DNA from: Euglena gracilis
Taxonomy: Eukaryota
Length of the DNA: 64,000 nucleotides
NCBI GenBank assembly: GCA_039621445.1
Contig: CP154954.1
Coordinates: forward strand, 248,001-312,000
Direction: 5' to 3'
Part shown: in pieces, positions 50,566 through 61,180 of the stretch
Layout: each line of letters opens with the position of its first letter
How positions within the stretch are numbered: position 1 is the stretch's first letter
Notes under the pieces: model-generated
Seen by the model: the letters and a program-made list of their open reading frames with translations, nothing else
Database searches by the model: none
What the model was told of the DNA's origin: nothing
Position numbers and translations under genes: made by a program

Positions 50566-51602
50566 ATTCAATGGTTCCAGGAAAAAACTGGCATGTTTTT
50601 ATTAAAACAGGGTTCGGTAGTTTTGAGGATTTTAACTTATTATTCATCAAAAAGTGGAAAGAGTTAATTAATTATAACTCTATTTCTTTTATTATTTATG
50701 GTTTTGATTTGTCTGAAAATAATTTAAACAACTTTTGTGAAGTGACTATAGAGGTCTATATAGAATTTAATAAAAATTACCGAAGGCATGGTCTTAAAAA
50801 ATTATTTTCTTTTGAAAAAAATTCTGTTATTGTAGAAAAGGGATCGAGTAGTAAAACTTCACTTGATAATTTTTTTTCTAAAACAGGGAATAAAAACATT
50901 GAAGTTTGTTGGTCAGGTGTTCCAAGGTTTGAAAATGGTTTAAAAAATTCTTTAAGTTTTGATTTTGTTATTAAAAATAATTTATTAAGTCGTGCGCGAA
51001 AAGATCATTGTTTTCCTTCGTTTTTTTCTAAATTGATTTCCAATTCCTCAGAAAATTATTTAAAAGTGAAAGAAAAAATAACAGAAGAGAAAAAGGAATT
51101 AGAAATAAATGATTCTAATAATTTTTTACACGATCATTTTAATGTTTTGAAAGCTAATGATCAATTTTTAAACATCATTGAAAAATATATAATAGAGTAC
51201 AAAAATTTGTTTTTTTTAACGAGTAAAAACGATGCAATAAAACTTCGTTCTATGTTGTTGAAGTATATATCTGAAGTCGCAGTATTAGAAAATAGTATCT
51301 CAAATTCTAATATTTCTAATATTTTTTTATTTAAGCAAGCTTCTAAGTTTTATAAACATAATTCTTTAAAAAACGATAATTATAAAAACTGGGATTTTAA
51401 CTGGATTTTTGTGGAAATGCTTCTTATTTTTTTTCTAGAAAAAGCAAAAAATAAAAAAATTGATAAATTTGAATTATATACTTTAGTGAACAAAGAAATT
51501 TATGGTGAAGAACAGTTAGATATAATGGTTAAAAACTTTAGAAAAAGAGCTTGTGAAAATGTCGATTTACGGCAGATTCGGTCTTCATTGCCTTGTTTTT
51601 GA
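50547..51602 (+). CDS. 351-aa ORF; N-terminal ~130 aa resemble a degenerate circovirus/nanovirus-type Rep endonuclease domain
   Basis: A long intact frame in very AT-rich DNA. Motif order KNWHVF...FIIYG...VYIEFNKNYRRHGLKKLF...VEKG...FFSKTG...GVPR..G. Confidence 0.65.
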   Translation: MGDFIMYSMVPGKNWHVFIKTGFGSFEDFNLLFIKKWKELINYNSISFIIYGFDLSENNLNNFCEVTIEVYIEFNKNYRRHGLKKLFSFEKNSVIVEKGSSSKTSLDNFFSKTGNKNIEVCWSGVPRFENGLKNSLSFDFVIKNNLLSRARKDHCFPSFFSKLISNSSENYLKVKEKITEEKKELEINDSNNFLHDHFNVLKANDQFLNIIEKYIIEYKNLFFLTSKNDAIKLRSMLLKYISEVAVLENSISNSNISNIFLFKQASKFYKHNSLKNDNYKNWDFNWIFVEMLLIFFLEKAKNKKIDKFELYTLVNKEIYGEEQLDIMVKNFRKRACENVDLRQIRSSLPCF

Positions 51603-51947
51603 TTTTTATAGGGAGAAAAGTATGACAAAAAAAGAAGAAAAAAATTTAAATAATACAAAAATCAATTTAACAGTAAAAAAAATTTATAAAAAATATTGTT
51701 CTTATAAAGCACAATATGATGAAAAAAACCTGGACCAAAAATTTAGTTGAAAGCTTTTTTTTTTATCATTGAAAATGGGCATATTTTAAACGTAGTAGAA
51801 GTAGTATTTTTCTTAAAGCGTGTCAAAAAAATCGATTAATTAAAATATAGTGTCATGGAAAATGTGATTATTCTATCACTTATTTAAATATGCTTTTTTA
51901 TCAATGTCAATTTGTAGAATAATTGGCGTTTTTTTTGATGGAGTATA

Positions 51948-52900
51948 GTGAGTTTGCCTACTTTTTACCTTATTAAATTAATAAATTTAAAATTGACTTA
52001 TTAAAAACTTATAGGGAGTAAATATTAAGGAAGTACCTTATCAGGATTTTGATAAGTATTCTCACTATTGAGGTTAAATATGGATTAGTTGATTATGCGT
52101 TAGTACGAGAATTTCATAGAACAGGTGGACCCTCATGTGCATTCGTATTTTATTAAAGAAGTCGATACTAAATTGGCAAATTTTTTCGATATATCTATTG
52201 ATTCTAAAATTTATAGGCCAGAGTTAACAATGAGAAAGATTTGCTCGACTATTTAATAAAACAAATATTTAACTTTGTGGATGCTTCAGAAAATTTCATG
52301 GCTTCGGAATCAATTCTTAAAAAATATGGTAAATATTTTCAATATCTTCCTTTGGAAGAAAGGATGATTGAATTAGTGAAAAAAGGGGACATAGAAAATG
52401 CTATGTTACTGTTTGAAAAAGAAAAACCTTCAGAATTTGTATATAAGGGCGACGCTATTGAACGTCAATTAAGAAACATATATTTAAGTACGAGATTAGG
52501 TGTGAAATAAAAAATTAATTTTAATGAATACATAATACCCAAAGACTTAAGGTGGATGTTGGATATTTATGAATCCCATCTAAATATGGGTAAAAATAAG
52601 GTATTTTTAATTTTAGGCAGTGAACATAGATATTTAATCGATTTTTTCGAATCTTATTTGCAATTTAAAGGCTTTTATCCTTTAGTAGTTAAGAAATCCA
52701 AGGATTTACTGAAATTAAACAATACTTATCATTATGATGCGATAATTTTTGTCAACTCAAATATCCTTGAATATCAAAATGTAAATGAGATAAAAAACAT
52801 GTTCAACTCTTTAGAAACGACGTTAACTGCTTATTATGGAATATCTTTGATAAAGGTAGGGTCGTGGATTAAAGCCTTTCGTTCAACTTGCATGTGTTAA
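51948..52900 (+). pseudogene. Frameshifted geminivirus/plasmid-type rolling-circle replication initiator (Rep)
   Basis: In order: LKLTY (LTY at 51993-52001), DYALVREFHRTGG-PHVHSYF (HVH 52134-52142), NFFDISIDSKIYRP, DLLDYLIK (YLIK 52250-52261), GDIENAMLLFEKEKPSEF, KVFLILG and YDAIIF. Confidence 0.75.
52832..52880 (+). pseudogene. Pseudo-trnI remnant in the rrn leader
   Basis: CTTTGATAAAGGTAGGGTCG resembles the trnI-GAU anticodon arm CCTTGATAAGGGTAAGGTCG. Confidence 0.65.
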
Positions 52901-52913
52901 GCATAGCTAAATA

Positions 52914-52986
52914 TTGCTTTTCGTTAAAATTGTAAGGCGTAGGTCTCCAAAACCTGATGTAGTAGGTTCGAATCCTACAAAGCGCG
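52914..52986 (+). pseudogene. Pseudo-trnW(CCA) in the rrn leader
   Basis: Intact anticodon arm (TAGGTCT-CCA-AAACCTG), T-arm and 3' acceptor strand; the 5' and D-arm portion is degenerate. Confidence 0.8.
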
Positions 52987-53067
52987 CTTTTAGTGTACAC
53001 ATTATAGTAAATGTGCCCCTTGCTTGGTCACCAAGAGGGTGAAAGGATTTGACCAACTTTGATGTTT

Positions 53068-53813
53068 TGGAAATGACGAGTTTGATCCTTGCTCAGGGTG
53101 AACGCTGGCGGTATGCTTAACACATGCAAGTTGAACGAAATTACTAGCAATAGTAATTTAGTGGCGGACGGGTGAGTAATATGTAAGAATCTGCGCTTGG
53201 GTGAGGAATAACAGATGGAAACGTTTGCTAATGCCTCATAATTTACTAGATCTATGTGAGTAGCTAGTTAAAGAGAATTTCGCCTAGGCATGAGCTTGCA
53301 TCTGATTAGCTTGTTGGTGAGGTAAAGGCTTACCAAGGCGACGATCAGTAGCTGATTTGAGAGGATGATCAGCCACACTGGGATTGAGAACGGAACAGAC
53401 TTTTACGGAAGGCAGCAGTGAGGAATTTTCCGCAATGGGCGCAAGCCTGACGGAGCAATACCGCGTGAAGGAAGAAGGCCTTTGGGTTGTAAACTTCTTT
53501 TCTCAAAGAAGAAGAAATGACGGTATTTGAGGAATAAGCATCGGCTAATTCCGTGCCAGCAGCCGCGCGGTAATACGGGAGATGCGAGCGTTATCCGGAA
53601 TTATTGGGCGTAAAGAGTTTGTAGGCGGTCAAGTGTGTTTAATGTTAAAAGTCAAAGCTTAACTTTGGAAGGGCATTAAAAACTGCTAGACTTGAGTATG
53701 GTAGGGGTGAAGGGAATTTCCAGTGTAGCGGTGAAATGCGTAGAGATTGGAAAGAACACCAATGGCGAAGGCACTTTTCTAGGCCAATACTGACGCTGAG
53801 AAACGAAAGCTGA

Positions 53814-53845
<32 letters not shown>

Positions 53846-53938
53846 TTGGCCGTAAACTATGGATACTAAGTGGTGCTGAAAGTGCACTGCTGTAGTTAAC
53901 ACGTTAAGTATCCCGCCTGGGGAGTACGCTTGCACAAG

Positions 53939-54019
<81 letters not shown>

Positions 54020-54087
54020 AGGATTTGACAGGATCTAGGAGGAAGTTTGAAAGAACGCAGTACCTTCGGGTATCTAGACACAGGTGG

Positions 54088-54139
<52 letters not shown>

Positions 54140-54399
54140 CCTTTTTTTTAATTAACGCTTGTCATTTAGAAATACTGCTGGTTATTACCAGAGGAAGGTG
54201 AGGACGACGTCAAGTCATCATGCCCCTTATATCCTGGGCTACACACGTGCTACAATGGTTAAGACAATAAGTTGCAATTTTGTGAAAATGAGCTAATCTT
54301 AAAACTTAGCCTAAGTTCGGATTGTAGGCTGAAACTCGCCTACATGAAGCCGGAATCGCTAGTAATCGCCGGTCAGCTATACGGCGGTGAATACGTTCT

Positions 54400-54436
<37 letters not shown>

Positions 54437-54556
54437 TGGCTGTGCCCGAAGTTATTATCTTGCCTGAAAAGAGGGAAATACCTAAGGCCTGGCTGGTGAC
54501 TGGGGTGAAGTCGTAACAAGGTAGCCGTACTGGAAGGTGTGGCTGGAACAACTCCC
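53068..54556 (+). rRNA. rrs: 16S rRNA, copy 1 (variant with a 9-nt deletion)
   Basis: GAGTTTGATCC, GTGCCAGCAGCCGCG, GGATTAGATACCC and AAGTCGTAACAAGG are present; the 3' end is AACAACTCCC. Confidence 0.97.
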
Positions 54557-54642
54557 TTTAGTTTTTTAACTAAAAAAATGTATAGATTGAAAACAATGAA
54601 AAATAAAAAAAATAAGTAGGGAAACCTCTTATTTTTCCAAGA

Positions 54643-54716
54643 GGGCTATTAGCTCAGTTGGTTAGAGCATACCCTTGATAAGGGTAAGGTCGCTAGTTCA
54701 AGTCTAGCATGGCCCT
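54643..54716 (+). tRNA. trnI-GAU: tRNA-Ile(GAU), intronless
   Basis: Cloverleaf in the 16S-23S spacer; ACCCTT-GAT-AAGGGT anticodon arm. Confidence 0.95.
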
Positions 54717-54725
54717 CTTGGTTTT

Positions 54726-54798
54726 GGGGGTATAGCTCAGTTGGTAGAGCGCTGCCTTTGCAAGGCAGATGTCAGCGGTTCGAGTCCGCTTATCTCCA
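54726..54798 (+). tRNA. trnA-UGC: tRNA-Ala(UGC), intronless
   Basis: Cloverleaf with CTGCCTT-TGC-AAGGCAG anticodon arm. Confidence 0.96.
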
Positions 54799-54814
54799 AA
54801 AAGGTTTTGATGTA

Positions 54815-57800
54815 GGTTCAAATGAACAAGGGCTTATGCGGGATTGCTTGGCATTTAGAGTCGAAGAAGGGCGTAGAAATTAACGATATGCTTTAGGGAG
54901 CTAAAGACGAGCTTTAATCTAAAGATTCCCGAATGGGGCAACCTATTACTTTAACATTACAATGAAATGGTATACAAATAATGTAGAGAACTTGGTGAAC
55001 TGAAACATCTTAGTAGCCGAAGGAAAAGAAAGCAAAAGCGATTTTCTTATTAGTGGCGAGCTAACGGAAATCAGCCTAAACCTTTATGGGTGTTGTGGGT
55101 ATATTATAATTACTGAAAAAGATAGAGAATTTGTTGAAAACAAAATCAAAGAGGGTTTTAAATCCCGTATTTGTTTTTAAAAAGTAATTTTTGATTTTCC
55201 CGAGTAGCATAGAGCACGTGGAATTCTGTGTGAATCAGCGAGGACCATCTCGTAAGGCTAAATACTCCTAAATGACCGATAGTGTACGAGTACCGTGAGG
55301 GAAAGCTGAAATAGAACACTGAGAAGTGAGTGAAATAGAATATGAAAGCATAAGTTTACAAGCAGTAGGAGATCTATTTAAAGATTGACTGTGTGCCTGT
55401 TGAAGAATGAGCCGGCGACTTATAGGTGATGGCAAGGTTAAGGTTTTTCCGGAGCCATAGTGAAATCGAGCTTAAATAAAGCGAAAAACTTTCTTCTTGA
55501 AAGTTTATGTCATTGCTTATAGACCCGAACCCAGGTGATCTAATCATGGTCAGGTTGAAGTTTTGGTAAAACAGAATGGAGGACCGAACCCACCAATGTT
55601 GAAAAATTGGGGGATGAACTGTGATTAGGGGAGAAATTCCAATCGAACTTGGAGCTAGCTGGATCTCTTCGAAATGCGTTGAGGCGCAGCGTTTAATTAT
55701 GGTAAACATTAGGGGTAAAGCACTGTTTCGATGCGGGCTATGAAAATGGTACCAAGTTGTGGCAAACTCTGAATACTAAGTTATATTTCAATTAATCAGT
55801 GAGACAGTGGGGGATAAGCTTCATTGTCAAGAGGGAAACAGCCCAGATCACTACTTAAGGCCCCTAAATAATTACTAAGTGGTAAAGGATGTACTATTAC
55901 ATAGACAACCAGGAGGTTGGCTTAGAAGCAGCCATTCCTTTAAAAAGTGCGTAATAGCTTACTTGGCAAGTGAGAGTGCGGCGAAAATGAACGGGACTAC
56001 GTAATTTGCCAGAATGTGAGAAATCGGTAGGAAGAAGGGTGTGGGAAGAGAAAAATAGTGAAAAAGCGGAAGTGAAAAGGAGGAAGTGAAAATGGCATTG
56101 TGAAAATTCTATTAAAAAAGTTTGAAAGATCCTATGATCGGGTCCTCTAAAAAAAAAGAAGGTTTCCTACAGGTTAATCGTCCTCGAATGGTAGGATGAC
56201 GAAAAAGGTTGTTTGTAACAGTGGAGAATTGATGGAAGGGTTAAATAGTAAAAAAAATGTAGGCAAGTAAGGAGAAAAAAGGCTGATCGGCAAACGTGAT
56301 GGTTTGTAGGTTTAAGGAACATAAAGGGGTAAGAATATATAAAGAAGCTGGTCTAAACTGAACAGGAGCAAGGTATAGTATAGGAAGGGGCCCGGAACTG
56401 GCGGCGAAAGACTGTCGTTTCAAGACTTGAGGGAGGTCGAAATGGAGTAGGGGTAGAAGCTCTGAGGTGGCGAGAAAAGAACTAAGGAGAAGCAAAGAAT
56501 GGGGAGTGAAGAGTTCTAATGAGGGTGGCAGTGAAAGGTGGATGGGTACCCAGAGAATTAGGTTGAAGTGAGAAAATTGTTAGGGGGCCGGGGGTATGTA
56601 TGGGAGGGAGACTCGGGTAAGGAAAAGGCTTAACGAGACACTGTCTTGAAGAAGCAGATAGAATTGAAGCTGTGATTGCGGCTGAAGAAATATGCGTCTT
56701 AAGGGAACGAAAGACATCCTGTGGTAAGATCGAGATAAAGGTTTAACGATGGGAGCGTCCTTAAAAGAAAGGGGGATGGAAATGGAAATCTGTGAAGATG
56801 CGGTTCTACTTAGGGGACAAATAGTAAAAGAAGGTGAGGAAAAGGCGTGAGGCTTACGTGTACAGCGTTGTGGAGGAGGAGCTTTATCTATGAAAAAGGG
56901 AAAAAGCTAAACGCATCTGGTGTGGGGTGCGTAGAAACACTTAAAGATATCTAAGAAGGATAACACACAGGGGCGTGAGAGTTAACTGGCGGGAGGTTGG
57001 GGTAAAAAGTAGATGGAAGCTCTGCGTACGGTTCTCAGGAACCGGTTAAATAGGGTGATGTAGTGAGCAAAGAAGTAGGGAAACGATGTACAGTCAACAG
57101 ACTATTAGGTGTTGAGAGTTATGAAAGGCTAATGGACTTAGAGGGACTAAGAGCGTTTTATCACAGGGGAGAAGCGGGATGGGAGAGTTGGCATATACGC
57201 ATGAAACGTTCGGAACTCACAATTAAGCAAGTAGGGTGGCTCAAAGGTCACGGTTGGCGGTAACGAGGGGAATTGCTTGATAGAGTGAAGGTAAACGGGG
57301 CGAAGGAAAAAGCTATACTCCGTACTTCAGGGAGGGAATGCGTATAGGTGCTCTGTAAGATGGGAGCAAGTTAAACATAAAGGGGAGTCACCCAAGTGTA
57401 CGCTGGGAGACGATGTGCTGGTATCGGGGAGAGGGGTGAAGCAAATTAGTGAGTTGTGAAAGTATAGAAAAGGTGAACGTAAGATGAGTAGGAGCTAAAC
57501 GAGAAAAAAGAGAAGTTTGAAGGTATTGGAGTACATGAGTGAGAAATTTAGCCGAAGTCGATCTGAAAAAAAGAGGAAAGACTTATAGAATTAACAAGTT
57601 TTTATTATAGGGTCTTAAGGAATAAAAGATCGAAAACAGAGTTCAAAAACTTAACCCTAGGATTTGTTGAACAAAGCTGTCTGAATAGGAGGTAAAGCAA
57701 GAGAAAGAATTAATTTCACCGAGTGATCTTTATTTAAACAAATCGATTTGAGACATGAGCGAAATGACTCAAGCCGTACAATAGTGTTTTTGCATGGATA

Positions 57801-58960
57801 AATGAAATGGAGTGTGGTAAAGGAAAAAAGAGTTAAGTGATAGACGAAAGTGGTGGGACGATGAGTTGCGGGATAAAATTGCAAAAAAGGAAGCAAGAAA
57901 TGAAAGTGCTGACAGGGTAAGACGAAAAAACGAGTAATATAAAGGAACCTCGAATTTGGAGATACTGAAGGACAAAGTATAGGTATGAAAGCATGTGATA
58001 AGTATGAGGCGGGCGGAATCTCACTGATAGAGTTATGTAAATAGACAGCCATGAGACATGGGAAAAGTCATTGTCAAAGAGGTGGGGCTTAGGTAAAGGA
58101 GTGGTAAAGGATGATGCGACGGAAACCGGGAGGGGGAGACAATGCATGTCTTTATATTATGCGAAATCCCGTGTAAATTTGGTGGAAAAGGATGTAAAGA
58201 GTGGGCCTAAATGAACGGGACTAAGTAATTTGCCGAAGGTGTGAGAGAAATCGGTAGAAGAGCGTTGTGTGGTGAAGGGGAGGAATAGTGAAAATAGTTC
58301 TGGATTAAACAGAAGTGAGAATGTCGGCTTAAGTAACGAAAACATTGGTGAAAATCCTATGCTCCGAAAACCTAAGGTTTCCTTAGCCAGGTTCGTCCTC
58401 TAAGGGTTAGTCAGGTCCTAAAATAAGGTTTAACAACGTAAATTGATGGATGACAGGTTAATATTCCTGTACCGAATGCTCACTTGTAAGGAGTGACGAA
58501 AAAGGCTAGATCGGCCACGTGATGGTTTGTGGTTTAAGGGTTCAAGAGGTATCAAATATTAAAAAAAATATTTTGTCTTAAGGCCTGAATAGTATAAATA
58601 CTACGGTATTGAAAGTGATTGATGTCATGTTTCCAAGAAAAACTTTTGTTTATGTATAGTGAGCTCGCCTGTACCGTAAACTGACACAGGTAGGTTAGTA
58701 GAATATACTAAGGAGCGCGAGATAACTCTTTCTAAGGAACTCGGCAAAATGACTTCGTAACTTCGGAAGAAGAAGTACCTCTAATGAGGTGGCAGAAAAG
58801 AGGTCCAAGCGACTGCTTACCAAAAGCACAGGTCTCCGCGAAGTTGAAAAACCATGTATGGGGGCCGAGGCCTGCTCAGTGCAGGAAGGTTAAAGAAATT
58901 GGTTAGCGTAAGCAAAGCTAGTGACTGAAGCCCCTGTGAACAGCGGCAATAACTATAATT

Positions 58961-59013
<53 letters not shown>

Positions 59014-59682
59014 TTAACGATTTGGACACTGTCTCAGAAAGAGACTCGGTGAAATAGAATTGACTGTGAAGATGCGGTCTACTTGCACTTGGACAGAAAG
59101 ACCCTATGAAGCTTTACTGTATCCTGAAATTGGTTTCGGGCTTTTTTTGCGCAGAATAGGTGGGAGGCTATGATCTTGTCTTTTGGGATACGGGGAGCCG
59201 AAAAATGAGATACCACTCTGAGAAAGCTAGAAATCTAATCTTAATCTTATGTACAATCATGATAATTGACAGTTTCAGGCGGGCAGTTTTACTGGGGCGG
59301 TAGCCTCCTAAAAAGTAACGGAGGCGTACAAAGGTTTTCTCAGGCTAGACGGAAATTAGTTGTGGAGTGTAAAGGCATAAGAAAGCTTGACTGTGAGACT
59401 TATAAGTCAAACAGAGACTAAAGTCGGAAGAAAATAAAACAGAGGAAAAATGTTGGAAGAAAGGCGACAACAAGAAGTAGAGTTTTTTAAGGGGGGGTTG
59501 GGGTTGGTTGGTTTTGTGTGTGGGTGTGGGTGTGGTGGTGGGGTTGGTGTTGTGGTGTGGAGGTGTGTGGGTGTGTGTGGGGGTTGTAAAATGGGAAAAG
59601 GAGGTGGTGAAGATCTTAGTGACCGCGACGGTGCTGGATGGAAAGGCCGTCGTCACAGATAAGTGTACCTAGGAACATCTGA

Positions 59683-59731
<49 letters not shown>

Positions 59732-60130
59732 GGGGGTGAGGGCATCGCAACCGTGGCGGGTATGTGACGTGTGTCCGATGGGTTTTGGGGTGTTCTTGTT
59801 CGCCCTGTCTTAAGCTGGTACGTGAGCTGGGTTCAGAACGTCGAGAGACAGTTCGGTCCATATCCGGTGTGAGCGTTAGAGTATTGAAAGGCGCTTTCCT
59901 TAGTACGAGAGGACCGGGAAGGACGCACCACTGATGTACCAGTTTTTGTGCCAACAGAATACGCTGGGTAGTCAAGTGCGGAGTGGATAACTGCTGAAAG
60001 CATATAAGTAGGAAGCCCACCTTAAGATAAGTACTCTTCATAGGTCACGGTAAGACGAACCGTTTGATAGGTATTAGGTGTACAATTGGTAACAATTTTA
60101 GCCGAGATATACTAACCGACCGAAAATTTT
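54815..60130 (+). rRNA. rrl: 23S rRNA; clean at 54815-55995, 58200-59425 and 59810-60130, corrupted in between
   Basis: GAACTGAAACATCT, CCTAAGGTAGCGAAATTCCTTG and AGTACGAGAGGACCG (sarcin-ricin loop) are present. The sequence at ~55988 restarts at ~58211. Confidence 0.9.
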
Positions 60131-60208
60131 TTCCTATATGAAAACAAAACATTTATTTTTACTTGTCACTTTTTTAAGATTTAAAAGTTTCTTGAATGAA
60201 CTTTTATT

Positions 60209-60325
60209 TTAGGGTGCTCTTGTCTTTATGGATCCACTTAAAACATTTCGAACTTGCAAGTTAAACATAAAGGGTAAATAGATACTTGAAAGGTTACTTT
60301 CCGGGAAAAGATTTTAGTGCCCTTA
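60209..60325 (+). rRNA. rrf: 5S rRNA
   Basis: About 117 nt with terminal stem AGGGTGCT/AGTGCCCT and a CGAAC motif, downstream of 23S. Confidence 0.85.
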
Positions 60326-61180
60326 TGGGAAGTTTAATTTATTTAATTGTCTCTTAGTGAGTTTATTTATTAATATTAACTCGATTTTCGAGTAATTTTT
60401 ATGACTGCCGTTACGTTAGTGTTTTATTGCATGGATAAATGTATTGTGGTATAATTAAACCAAGGAATTTGTCAAACCACGTTTCCTTTAAGTTTGAATT
60501 TTTTTTGGCCAAAACATGATGCTTCCGAAAAAATAAGACAATCTGTTTATAGAAATCAGTGAATTTCGTAATATTTTTCTTTTAAAATTTTAAACGATAT
60601 GAATAATATCCTCGAGTGTTTGGAAAATGACTATGTTTCTTCGCTAATATAAAAGATTAATCACAAAATTCAACAAGATAGGTTGAATCATAGTGAGAAT
60701 ATTAGGTAATCTTCTGATAAGAGTTTTATTTTGTTGTACATTATAGTTATTGCTACTTTGTATTTGGTTCTTTGTGTTATGTGTGTGCTTTTTAGTTGTA
60801 AATTTTTTGCTAGTAAGAAGCGTGTCGTTCATTGTCGATTTGGACGAATATTTATAAAATGCTACAAGAGACCAAAATGTCTTTATACTTCTTATATTGC
60901 TGCTGAGTACCCTATATTTTGTGATATTGAAAAATATTAAGGTAAGGTTCCTAGACTTTCATACGTAAATGCTCATGCGCACAGTTTAGGTGTTATGCTT
61001 TTATCCCTGATCTTGTGAATTCTTTTCATTCACAAGAAATAACTTAGCTTAATTCCTAGTGTAAATTTTTCCGTACTTTAACGTGTGGCTGGGACAATTT
61101 TTTTATTTTTAATTAAAATACCGTATAAATTTTAAAAAATAAAAAAATCAAAAGGAAAATTTTTTATTTTTCAAAGATCA

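Noticed and set aside
59430-59810. GT-rich stretch in 23S domain V, a possible intron or insertion
   Set aside because: It replaces rather than adds to the expected sequence and retains rRNA fragments, so it is local consensus noise.
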